Positions 43,420 through 52,181 of a stretch of DNA of 64,000 nucleotides are shown here, one piece after another. A model generated the notes under the pieces. That model worked only from the letters and a program-made list of their open reading frames with translations. It was not told where the DNA came from and made no database searches. The position numbers were made by a program, and so were the translations under genes. The DNA lies in IMG/VR virus record IMGVR_UViG_2563366825_000011, positions 1 through 64,000 of that record; one strand, given 5' to 3'. Numbering within the stretch: the first letter of the stretch is position 1; the number at the start of each line of letters is the position of its first letter. The DNA comes from a virus (Duplodnaviria; Heunggongvirae; Uroviricota; Caudoviricetes).

Positions 43420-45846
43420 ATGTCCAAAAATGAACGAATGGTGGGCATCAGCCGCAGAACACTCGTTAAATCTACCGCGATAGGTTCTCTGGCGCTGGCT
43501 GCAGGCGGTTTTTCTTTGCCGTTTACCCTGCGCAATGCAGCAGCAGCGGTACAACAGGCCCGCGAAAAAGTGGTCTGGGGTGCCTGTTCCGTCAACTGTG
43601 GTAGCCGCTGTGCACTTCGTCTACATGTTAAAGATAATGAAGTGACCTGGGTGGAAACTGACAATACCGGCAGCGATGAGTACGGCAACCATCAGGTACG
43701 CGCCTGTTTGCGCGGTCGCTCCATCCGCCGGCGTATTAATCATCCCGATCGCTTGAATTACCCAATGAAACGCGTGGGCAAACGCGGCGAAGGCAAATTC
43801 GAACGGATTAGCTGGGATGAAGCCCTGGATACTATCGCCAGTAGCCTGAAGAAAACCGTCGAACAATATGGCAATGAGGCTGTATATATTCAGTACTCTT
43901 CGGGGATCGTTGGCGGCAATATGACCCGCTCTTCGCCATCAGCCTCGGCGGTCAAACGCCTGATGAACTGCTACGGCGGTTCACTCAACCAGTATGGCTC
44001 CTACAGCACTGCGCAAATTTCCTGTGCCATGCCCTACACCTACGGCAGTAATGATGGCAACAGCACCACGGATATTGAAAACAGCAAGCTGGTCGTGATG
44101 TTTGGTAACAACCCGGCAGAAACCCGCATGAGCGGTGGTGGCATCACTTATCTTCTTGAAAAAGCGCGCGAGAAATCGAACGCCAAAATGATTGTTATCG
44201 ATCCGCGATATACCGATACGGCTGCCGGTCGTGAAGACGAATGGCTCCCTATTCGCCCGGGCACCGATGCCGCGCTGGTTGCGGGTATTGCCTGGGTATT
44301 GATTAACGAAAATCTCGTTGATCAACCTTTTCTCGATAAATACTGCGTCGGCTATGACGAAAAAACCTTACCCGCAGATGCACCCAAAAATGGTCACTAT
44401 AAAGCCTATATTCTTGGTGAAGGTGACGATAAAACAGCGAAAACGCCGCAGTGGGCTTCGCAAATTACCGGTATCCCGGAGGACCGTATCATCAAACTGG
44501 CGCGTGAAATTGGCACAGCAAAACCCGCTTATATCTGCCAGGGCTGGGGGCCACAACGCCAGGCAAACGGCGAACTGACTGCACGCGCTATTGCTATGTT
44601 ACCTATTTTGACGGGCAATGTCGGCATCAGCGGCGGAAATAGTGGCGCGCGTGAATCGACCTATACCATTACCATAGAACGCCTGCCGGTGCTGGATAAT
44701 CCGGTCAAAACGTCAATCTCCTGCTTCAGCTGGACAGATGCTATCGATCATGGTCCGCAAATGACGGCAATCCGCGACGGCGTCCGCGGCAAAGATAAAC
44801 TGGATGTGCCCATTAAGTTCATCTGGAACTACGCGGGAAATACCCTCGTTAATCAGCATTCTGACATCAACAAAACGCATGAAATTCTGCAGGACGAATC
44901 GAAATGCGAAATGATTGTGGTCATCGAAAACTTTATGACCTCATCGGCAAAATATGCCGACATTCTGCTGCCAGACCTGATGACCGTTGAGCAGGAAGAT
45001 ATTATTCCTAACGACTACGCCGGTAACATGGGATATCTCATTTTCCTCCAGCCTGTCACCAGCGAAAAATTCGAACGCAAACCGATTTACTGGATCCTGA
45101 GTGAAGTCGCGAAACGTCTTGGACCTGACGTCTATCAAAAGTTCACAGAAGGTCGCACGCAGGAACAATGGTTACAACATCTGTACGCCAAAATGCTTGC
45201 CAAAGATCCGGCGTTACCGTCTTACGACGAACTGAAAAAAATGGGTATCTATAAGCGTAAAGATCCCAATGGCCATTTTGTCGCCTACAAAGCATTTCGT
45301 GACGACCCCGAGGCAAATCCACTTAAAACGCCTTCCGGTAAGATTGAAATTTATTCCAGCAGGCTGGCGGAAATTGCCCGTACCTGGGAACTGGAAAAAG
45401 ATGAAGTGATAAGCCCATTGCCAGTTTATGCCTCAACCTTTGAAGGCTGGAACTCCCCTGAACGTAGAACCTTCCCACTGCAACTGTTTGGTTTCCATTA
45501 CAAATCCCGTACTCACTCGACCTACGGCAATATTGATCTCCTGAAGGCTGCCTGCCGTCAGGAGGTGTGGATCAACCCTATAGATGCGCAGAAACGTGGG
45601 ATTGCCAACGGCGATATGGTGCGGGTGTTTAACCATCGTGGCGAAGTTCGGCTACCAGCCAAAGTAACACCACGTATTCTCCCTGGAGTTAGCGCTATGG
45701 GCCAGGGAGCCTGGCACGAGGCCAATATGTCTGGCGATAAAATCGACCATGGCGGCTGTGTGAATACGCTAACCACTCTGCGCCCTTCACCACTGGCGAA
45801 GGGAAACCCGCAGCACACTAATCTGGTCGAGATCGAAAAAATATAA
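43420..45846 (+). CDS. ynfE: Molybdopterin oxidoreductase YnfE (DMSO reductase family, putative selenate reductase catalytic subunit)
   Basis: 808-aa ORF with Tat signal (SRRTLVKS) and Cys cluster CSVNCGSRC. Confidence 0.9.
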   Translation: MSKNERMVGISRRTLVKSTAIGSLALAAGGFSLPFTLRNAAAAVQQAREKVVWGACSVNCGSRCALRLHVKDNEVTWVETDNTGSDEYGNHQVRACLRGRSIRRRINHPDRLNYPMKRVGKRGEGKFERISWDEALDTIASSLKKTVEQYGNEAVYIQYSSGIVGGNMTRSSPSASAVKRLMNCYGGSLNQYGSYSTAQISCAMPYTYGSNDGNSTTDIENSKLVVMFGNNPAETRMSGGGITYLLEKAREKSNAKMIVIDPRYTDTAAGREDEWLPIRPGTDAALVAGIAWVLINENLVDQPFLDKYCVGYDEKTLPADAPKNGHYKAYILGEGDDKTAKTPQWASQITGIPEDRIIKLAREIGTAKPAYICQGWGPQRQANGELTARAIAMLPILTGNVGISGGNSGARESTYTITIERLPVLDNPVKTSISCFSWTDAIDHGPQMTAIRDGVRGKDKLDVPIKFIWNYAGNTLVNQHSDINKTHEILQDESKCEMIVVIENFMTSSAKYADILLPDLMTVEQEDIIPNDYAGNMGYLIFLQPVTSEKFERKPIYWILSEVAKRLGPDVYQKFTEGRTQEQWLQHLYAKMLAKDPALPSYDELKKMGIYKRKDPNGHFVAYKAFRDDPEANPLKTPSGKIEIYSSRLAEIARTWELEKDEVISPLPVYASTFEGWNSPERRTFPLQLFGFHYKSRTHSTYGNIDLLKAACRQEVWINPIDAQKRGIANGDMVRVFNHRGEVRLPAKVTPRILPGVSAMGQGAWHEANMSGDKIDHGGCVNTLTTLRPSPLAKGNPQHTNLVEIEKI

Positions 45847-45906
45847 CCCACGACAACCATAAATTCTGGCATGACATTTTGTTTGAAAAGCAATAAGTGA
45901 GTAATG

Positions 45907-48330
45907 ATGAAAATCCATACCACAGAGGCGCTCATGAAGGCTGAAATCAGCCGTAGAAGTCTGATGAAAACCTCCGCACTTGGCAGTCTTGCGCTGGCAA
46001 GCAGTGCTTTCACTCTGCCATTTTCCCAAATGGTCCGGGCGGCAGAGGCTCCGGTAGAAGAGAAAGCGGTCTGGAGTTCCTGCACCGTTAACTGCGGGAG
46101 CCGCTGTCTGTTACGTTTGCATGTGAAAGATGACACCGTGTACTGGGTGGAGTCTGATACGACAGGTGACGACGTCTACGGTAATCATCAGGTTCGAGCG
46201 TGTTTACGCGGGCGCTCTATCCGCCGACGGATGAATCATCCTGATAGGTTGAAATATCCCATGAAGCGCGTCGGCAAGCGCGGTGAAGGTAAATTTGAAC
46301 GGATAAGTTGGGACGAAGCCCTGGATACCATCAGTGATAATCTTCGGCGGATCCTGAAAGATTACGGCAATGAGGCTGTACATGTCCTGTACGGAACAGG
46401 CGTAGATGGCGGAAACATCACCAACTCAAACGTCCCGTACCGTCTGATGAACTCTTGCGGTGGTTTTCTCAGTCGCTATGGCAGCTACAGTACCGCACAG
46501 ATCAGTGCCGCAATGAGTTATATGTTCGGTGCCAATGATGGCAACAGCCCGGATGATATCGCCAATACGAAACTGGTCGTTATGTTCGGAAATAACCCGG
46601 CAGAAACGCGGATGAGCGGCGGTGGTGTCACTTACTACGTCGAGCAAGCCCGCGAACGTTCAAACGCACGCATGATCGTCATCGATCCACGTTATAACGA
46701 CACTGCTGCCGGGCGTGAAGATGAATGGCTGCCCATTCGCCCTGGCACCGATGGCGCACTGGCCTGTGCGATTGCCTGGGTACTGATTACTGAAAACATG
46801 GTCGATCAGCCATTTCTCGACAAATATTGTGTTGGTTACGATGAAAAAACGCTGCCCGCCAACGCACCACGTAACGCGCATTATAAAGCCTATATTCTGG
46901 GCGAAGGGCCTGACGGCATAGCTAAAACGCCGGAATGGGCAGCAAAAATCACCAGCATCCCGGCAGAAAAAATTATCCAGTTGGCACGAGAGATCGGTTC
47001 AGCAAAACCTGCTTATATTTGTCAGGGTTGGGGGCCACAACGACATTCCAACGGCGAGCAAACATCCCGCGCTATTGCCATGCTTTCCGTTCTCACCGGC
47101 AACGTCGGCATAAACGGCGGCAACTCAGGCGTACGCGAAGGTAGCTGGGATCTGGGGGTAGAATGGTTCCCGATGCTCGAGAATCCTGTTAAAACGCAGA
47201 TTTCCGTCTTTACATGGACAGATGCCATCGACCATGGTACGGAAATGACCGCGACCCGTGATGGTGTTCGTGGAAAAGAAAAACTGGATGTCCCCATCAA
47301 GTTTTTATGGTGCTACGCCAGTAACACATTGATCAATCAACATGGCGACATCAATCACACCCATGAGGTGCTTCAGGATGACAGCAAGTGCGAGATGATT
47401 GTTGGCATTGACCACTTCATGACGGCCTCGGCTAAGTATTGCGATATCCTGTTGCCCGACCTGATGCCAACAGAGCAAGAAGACCTTATCTCTCATGAAT
47501 CTGCAGGGAATATGGGCTATGTGATCCTCGCCCAACCCGCAACCTCAGCAAAATTTGAACGCAAACCCATCTACTGGATGCTGAGTGAAGTCGCCAAACG
47601 CTTAGGACCAGACGTTTATCAAACCTTTACTGAAGGTCGCAGTCAGCATGAATGGATCAAATATCTCCATGCGAAAACGAAGGAACGTAACCCTGAGATG
47701 CCCGACTACGAGGAGATGAAAACGACCGGGATCTTTAAGAAAAAATGCCCGGAAGAACACTACGTCGCTTTCCGCGCATTCCGTGAAGATCCACAGGCAA
47801 ACCCGTTGAAAACACCTTCGGGGAAAATCGAAATTTATTCTGAACGACTGGCGAAGATTGCAGATACCTGGGAATTGAAAAAAGATGAAATTATTCATCC
47901 CCTTCCTGCGTATACCCCAGGTTTTGATGGCTGGGACGATCCCCTGCGGAAAACCTATCCACTGCAGTTAACGGGCTTCCATTACAAAGCGCGTACCCAC
48001 TCCAGCTACGGCAATATTGATGTGTTACAGCAGGCCTGCCCACAAGAGGTGTGGATCAACCCCATTGATGCTCAGGCACGCGGTATCCGTCATGGCGATA
48101 CCGTGCGGGTATTTAACAATAATGGAGAAATGCTGATTGCCGCAAAAGTGACTCCGCGTATTCTGCCTGGCGTTACCGCCATCGGGCAAGGTGCGTGGCT
48201 TAAAGCGGATATGTTTGGTGACCGGGTCGATCACGGCGGCAGTATCAATATTCTGACCTCTCACCGCCCTTCACCGCTGGCAAAGGGAAACCCGTCGCAC
48301 AGCAATCTTGTCCAGATCGAAAAGGTTTAA
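45907..48330 (+). CDS. ynfF: Molybdopterin oxidoreductase YnfF (DmsA paralog)
   Basis: ~807-aa ORF paralogous to ynfE; Tat motif SRRSLMKT, CTVNCGSRC. Confidence 0.9.
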   Translation: MKIHTTEALMKAEISRRSLMKTSALGSLALASSAFTLPFSQMVRAAEAPVEEKAVWSSCTVNCGSRCLLRLHVKDDTVYWVESDTTGDDVYGNHQVRACLRGRSIRRRMNHPDRLKYPMKRVGKRGEGKFERISWDEALDTISDNLRRILKDYGNEAVHVLYGTGVDGGNITNSNVPYRLMNSCGGFLSRYGSYSTAQISAAMSYMFGANDGNSPDDIANTKLVVMFGNNPAETRMSGGGVTYYVEQARERSNARMIVIDPRYNDTAAGREDEWLPIRPGTDGALACAIAWVLITENMVDQPFLDKYCVGYDEKTLPANAPRNAHYKAYILGEGPDGIAKTPEWAAKITSIPAEKIIQLAREIGSAKPAYICQGWGPQRHSNGEQTSRAIAMLSVLTGNVGINGGNSGVREGSWDLGVEWFPMLENPVKTQISVFTWTDAIDHGTEMTATRDGVRGKEKLDVPIKFLWCYASNTLINQHGDINHTHEVLQDDSKCEMIVGIDHFMTASAKYCDILLPDLMPTEQEDLISHESAGNMGYVILAQPATSAKFERKPIYWMLSEVAKRLGPDVYQTFTEGRSQHEWIKYLHAKTKERNPEMPDYEEMKTTGIFKKKCPEEHYVAFRAFREDPQANPLKTPSGKIEIYSERLAKIADTWELKKDEIIHPLPAYTPGFDGWDDPLRKTYPLQLTGFHYKARTHSSYGNIDVLQQACPQEVWINPIDAQARGIRHGDTVRVFNNNGEMLIAAKVTPRILPGVTAIGQGAWLKADMFGDRVDHGGSINILTSHRPSPLAKGNPSHSNLVQIEKV

Positions 48331-48340
48331 GGAGTAGCCC

Positions 48341-48454
48341 ATGACCACACAATATGGATTTTTTATCGATTCCAGCCGCTGTACTGGCTGTAAAACCTGC
48401 GAACTGGCGTGCAAAGATTTTAAAGTTGGTTACGTATCGTTTAAAATCAATTAG
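48341..48454 (+). pseudogene. ynfG: ynfG (Fe-S subunit) truncated after ~26 codons by insertion of an accessory element
   Basis: MTTQYGFFIDSSRCTGCKTCELACKD then divergent FKVGYVSFKIN-stop; the YnfG reading frame is lost at about 48419/48420. Confidence 0.8.
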
Positions 48455-48498
48455 ATAGCCCGTCATTTCTGCGCTCACACGTCCCAACATTGAAAAAC

Positions 48499-48532
48499 AT
48501 GCAAAGCTTTGTAAGCCGATGCAAAGCTTTGT
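48499..48532. repeat. Two 14-bp direct repeats ATGCAAAGCTTTGT, each containing the 10-bp palindrome CAAAGCTTTG, spaced 20 bp apart; operator-like
   Basis: Repeats at 48499-48512 and 48519-48532, ~80 bp inside the element boundary and ~100 bp upstream of a putative promoter. Confidence 0.45.
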
Positions 48533-48621
48533 GTGTCTCACTTTTGTCCCAATACCAATCCGAATCCACCCTTTGTCATCATTGAGAAATGGCAAGGAAG
48601 AAAAGGATGTTACTGCACGAT

Positions 48622-48651
48622 TTGACAAATCCGCCAGAGCTATCGCATACT
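48622..48651 (+). promoter_or_regulatory. Putative sigma70 promoter (-35 TTGACA, -10 CATACT) upstream of the antirepressor paralogs
   Basis: TTGACA at 48622-48627, 18-bp spacer, CATACT at 48646-48651; followed by hairpin CCGCA...TGCGG plus T-tract at 48678-48707. Confidence 0.3.
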
Positions 48652-48869
48652 GATCGCACTGAACAAATAAGCGGTCTCCGCACCCGATAGCTTTGCGGCT
48701 TTTTTATGCCTGCAATTTGGCATAGTTACATCCGTACAAAGGTCGGGTGGAGAGGCGTAATACAACACCCGCAAGGGGAATATGCCCAGAGCTTCTTATT
48801 TGGCTCAGTTGACACCCGACCGCCAGCTACTAACTGGCGGTTATAAACTAAACAAATAAGGAGGTCATC

Positions 48870-49154
48870 ATGACCAGTCAACTCATCCCCGTATTCAACG
48901 GTTCTATCTCAAACCAAGCAGCCCTTCTATGCAATGCTCGCAATCTACACGCTTTCCTTGGGGTTGGTAAACGCTTTGCATCGTGGATAACAGAACGTAT
49001 TGCTGAATATGGTTTCGTTGAAAAACAGGACTATATGATTGCTTCCCAAATTCGGGAAGCAAAAGGTAGAGGCGGTCACAACCGCAAGGAATACCACCTC
49101 ACCCTCGACACAGCCAAAGAGCTTGCGATGGTTGACGACTGCGTCCAATACTGA
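48870..49154 (+). CDS. Phage antirepressor-like protein (AntA/KilA-N-type N-terminal domain), short paralog
   Basis: 94-aa MTSQLIPVFNGSISNQAALLCNARNLHAFLGVGKRFASWITERIAEYGFVEKQDYM...EYHLTLDTAKELAMV; strong RBS AGGAGGTCATC; paralog of the ORF at 49404. Confidence 0.6.
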   Translation: MTSQLIPVFNGSISNQAALLCNARNLHAFLGVGKRFASWITERIAEYGFVEKQDYMIASQIREAKGRGGHNRKEYHLTLDTAKELAMVDDCVQY

Positions 49155-49403
49155 CTATACTCCGCGCCGAGGCCTCGAAAACCTCCCAAAAGCGGATTAA
49201 ACCAACCCCGTCAGTGTTGGATTTTTTATGCCTGTTATTCAGTGATAGCACAGTGTGCGGTCACATCCCCGATCAATGTCGGGAGGGCGACGAATACAAC
49301 ACCCGCAAGGGGAATAAGTCCGCGGTATCTTTTGGGCCGTTTCGAGCCTCCCGGCACCACATCTTGTGGTGGCATTTCTCGAAAAAAGCCAAAGGAGGTC
49401 ATC

Positions 49404-50033
49404 ATGACCACTCAACTCATCCCTGTGTTTGAAGGTACAATCTCAAATGAACCTACGCTTCTGGTGAACGCGCGTGATTTGCATGGATTTTTAGAGGTAG
49501 GTAAAGATTTTTCTAACTGGATACGGGCCAGGCTAAACGAGTATGGATTCGTAGAAAATTTAGACTACATTCTATTTTCGCCAAATTTGGCGAAAACTCC
49601 AGGCCGCCGCCGCAAGGAATACCACCTCACCCTCGACACAGCCAAAGAGCTTGCGATGGTTGAACGTAACGAAAAAGGTCGCCAGATCCGCCGCTACTTC
49701 ATCGAGTGCGAAAAGAAACTTCGCAACATTCAGCCAGTACAAGCAGAACCACAGCCGCAATTCACAGCCGAGGAAATCATCCTCCTTTGCTACATGCAGC
49801 TCTGGATGGAAAAAGCCCAGGACCTCAGCAAACACCTGTATCCCATCATGAAAGAGCTGAACTCCTCATACACGAACAAGCTGTATGACATTGCGTTTGA
49901 GACCATCTACATGGTGACGAAGAACAGAGATGCGTTACTGAGGGAAGTAACACGTCTCGACATGTCAAGTTCCGTTATCCAACGAGCCATGCCAATGCTG
50001 AAAAGCCTGCGGGCAAGGCAATTCGAATTCTGA
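49404..50033 (+). CDS. Phage antirepressor (AntA-like N-terminal domain plus C-terminal extension), long paralog
   Basis: MTTQLIPVFEGTISNEPTLLVNARDLHGFLEVGKDFSNWIRARLNEYGFVENLDYIL...; start chosen at the Met with RBS AAAGGAGGTCATC rather than the upstream ORF start at 49242. Confidence 0.7.
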   Translation: MTTQLIPVFEGTISNEPTLLVNARDLHGFLEVGKDFSNWIRARLNEYGFVENLDYILFSPNLAKTPGRRRKEYHLTLDTAKELAMVERNEKGRQIRRYFIECEKKLRNIQPVQAEPQPQFTAEEIILLCYMQLWMEKAQDLSKHLYPIMKELNSSYTNKLYDIAFETIYMVTKNRDALLREVTRLDMSSSVIQRAMPMLKSLRARQFEF

Positions 50034-50036
50034 AAC

Positions 50037-50061
50037 TAAAGGAGCTTCGGCTCCTTTTTTC
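50037..50061 (+). terminator. Rho-independent terminator after the antirepressor gene
   Basis: AAAGGAGC-TTCG-GCTCCTTTTTT hairpin plus T-tract. Confidence 0.55.
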
Positions 50062-50229
50062 ATGCCTGAACGACAACGCCGCTGAAATCGAAGAGTTAAT
50101 ACAATAAAGAGAAGAGCTCAGTACATTAGATAAACATTTTTTATCATTATCTCATTGCCTTTATTCAAAAAAATAGTTACATAACGTTACTAGGTAAAAT
50201 GCAAACCCTCGCTATTTTTATCAGATTGT

Positions 50230-51456
50230 ATGCCGGTAACTATAACAAAAATCAGAACTGGAGAAGATGTTTTGTCAGCAGCCATTCACCGCATTGAATG
50301 GTTGTTTGAAACATTCTCTTCTGTATGTTTATCTTTTTCTGGCGGTAAAGATTCCACTGTACTTTTCCATCTTGTAGCCGAAGTGGCCTACAGGAAGAAA
50401 CGTCGTTTTTCTGTATTGTTCATTGACTGGGAAGCCCAGTATCAATGCACCATTGATCATATACAGAAGATGCGGATGATGTACCAAGATGTAACAGATA
50501 CCTTTTACTGGGTTGCACTTCCCCTGACGACAGTAAATGGTGTCTCGCAGTTTCAGCCTGAGTGGATATGCTGGGAGCCCGGTGTAGAGTGGGTTCGACA
50601 GCCACCGGAAGATGCTATTACTGATATGGCGTATTTCCCCTTTTACCGCTACGCCATGACTTTTGAAGAATTTGTCCCAGCTTTTTCTTCCTGGTTCGCA
50701 AGTAACCAATGTAGCGTGGCAATACTGACTGGAGTCCGCGCGGATGAATCTCTTAACAGATTTATGGGACTGGTTTCCCAACGAAAACTGAGATATGCAG
50801 ATGATAAACCCTGGACCACGGCGTCACCTGAAGGTTTTTACTACACCATGTATCCGCTGTATGACTGGAAAACCAACGATATCTGGGTATATAACGCTAA
50901 AACCTGTGCAATCTACAATCCTCTGTATGATTTGATGTACCGTGCAGGCATTCCTCTACGTAATATGCGTGTCTGTGAGCCTTTTGGCCCGGAACAGCGT
51001 AAGGGACTATGGCTTTATCATGTTCTGGAGCCAGAAACTTGGGCACGGATGTGTGAACGAGTATCTGGTGCTGCCAGTGGGGCTCTTTATGCCAATGAAA
51101 GCGGGGCCTATTTTGCCCTGCGTAAACGGATGTCAAAACCATCCCATCATACCTGGCGCAGCTATGCGTTCTTCCTGCTGGACGTAATGCCGGAAAGAAC
51201 GGCTGAACACTACCGCAACAAGATAGCAGTTTACCTGCGCTGGTATCAGAACCGGGGATTCCCGGATGATATCCCGGATGAACAGGAAAATGATCTGGGC
51301 TGCCGGGATGTTCCCTCCTGGCGACGTATTTGTAAGACTCTCATAAAGAATGATTTCTGGTGCCGAACGCTCTCCTTCAGCCCCAACAAACCCCGGCACT
51401 ATGAACGTTACCTGCAGCGTATGAATGAAAGGAGGAAGGAATGGGGAATTCTGTGA
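50230..51456 (+). CDS. ibrA: PAPS-reductase-like (PP-loop ATP pyrophosphatase) protein, IbrA-like
   Basis: 408-aa ORF with PP-loop motif SFSGGKDS near the N-terminus and a C-terminal extension; paired and translationally overlapping with a ParB-like gene. Confidence 0.75.
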   Translation: MPVTITKIRTGEDVLSAAIHRIEWLFETFSSVCLSFSGGKDSTVLFHLVAEVAYRKKRRFSVLFIDWEAQYQCTIDHIQKMRMMYQDVTDTFYWVALPLTTVNGVSQFQPEWICWEPGVEWVRQPPEDAITDMAYFPFYRYAMTFEEFVPAFSSWFASNQCSVAILTGVRADESLNRFMGLVSQRKLRYADDKPWTTASPEGFYYTMYPLYDWKTNDIWVYNAKTCAIYNPLYDLMYRAGIPLRNMRVCEPFGPEQRKGLWLYHVLEPETWARMCERVSGAASGALYANESGAYFALRKRMSKPSHHTWRSYAFFLLDVMPERTAEHYRNKIAVYLRWYQNRGFPDDIPDEQENDLGCRDVPSWRRICKTLIKNDFWCRTLSFSPNKPRHYERYLQRMNERRKEWGIL

Positions 51457-52085
51457 CACCAGAGGTGGAGGTGCTGAGCAAGATGATTCGACAGTACTTC
51501 AGTCAGGAACAATCTGAAGAGAAAACCATACAGGCCCTGAACCATCTCCGCTGCGTACTCCATGAGATCAGCCCCTTTGCTCAAGAACCAGTGGACTGTG
51601 TGCTGTGGGTAAAAGCGGATGAAATTGTCGCTAACGATTATAATCCCAATGTCATGGCCCCAAGCGAAAAAAAATTACTGAAACAATCTCTGGAAAAAGA
51701 CGGTTTTACTCAACCAATTGTTGTTTCGGAAGAAACAAGCCATTACCTGGTGGTGGATGGTTTTCATAGGCAGTTACTAGGTAGAAGAACAGTTACTGGA
51801 AAACGCCTGAAAGGCTGGCTACCAGTAACCTGTATTAATCCAGACCGAAAGGGACAAACCTCACGTATTGCCGCGACTATCCGACATAACAGAGCCAGGG
51901 GGAAACACCAGATAACCTCAATGTCTGATATTGTCAGAGATCTTTCACGTCTTGGCTGGACTGATGAACGTATCGGAACAGAACTGGGGATGGACCAGGA
52001 TGAAGTTCTGAGGTTAAAGCAGATTAGCGGGCTAACGGAGTTATTTCAGCAGGCAGATTTCAGCCCTGCATGGACTGTTACATAA
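51441..52085 (+). CDS. ibrB: ParB/sulfiredoxin-like nuclease-domain protein, IbrB-like
   Basis: 214-aa ORF with ParB-type motifs (IVANDYNPN..., VVDGFHRQ); RBS AGGAGGAAGGA; overlaps the ibrA-like stop by 16 nt. Confidence 0.75.
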   Translation: MGNSVTPEVEVLSKMIRQYFSQEQSEEKTIQALNHLRCVLHEISPFAQEPVDCVLWVKADEIVANDYNPNVMAPSEKKLLKQSLEKDGFTQPIVVSEETSHYLVVDGFHRQLLGRRTVTGKRLKGWLPVTCINPDRKGQTSRIAATIRHNRARGKHQITSMSDIVRDLSRLGWTDERIGTELGMDQDEVLRLKQISGLTELFQQADFSPAWTVT

Positions 52086-52181
52086 AGTTAGGTTAGGCCT
52101 GTGGAGCCGGAGCCTGTACATAGATTTGTGTAATTGCCTGATTTTGATATGTTCAATCCAGCATCAAATGAAGGTTAATTT

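Noticed and set aside
43420-48330. ynfE/ynfF tandem paralogs as a recent duplication or mobile cargo
   Set aside because: The proteins are clearly diverged and sit in the conserved chromosomal ynfEFGH context; an ancient paralogous pair, not part of the accessory elements
49242-49403. Upstream extension of the long antirepressor ORF (start at 49242)
   Set aside because: The extension lacks an RBS and runs through the conserved leader RNA; the Met at 49404 has a strong AGGAGG RBS and aligns with the N-terminus of the paralog at 48870
50034-50229. AT-rich region upstream of the ibrA-like gene as a defined sigma70 promoter
   Set aside because: Candidate -35/-10 hexamers have poor spacing; only a general AT-rich upstream region can be stated
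50329-50781. 150-aa minus-strand ORF inside the ibrA-like gene
   Set aside because: Antisense to a gene with a clear PP-loop motif; no independent support
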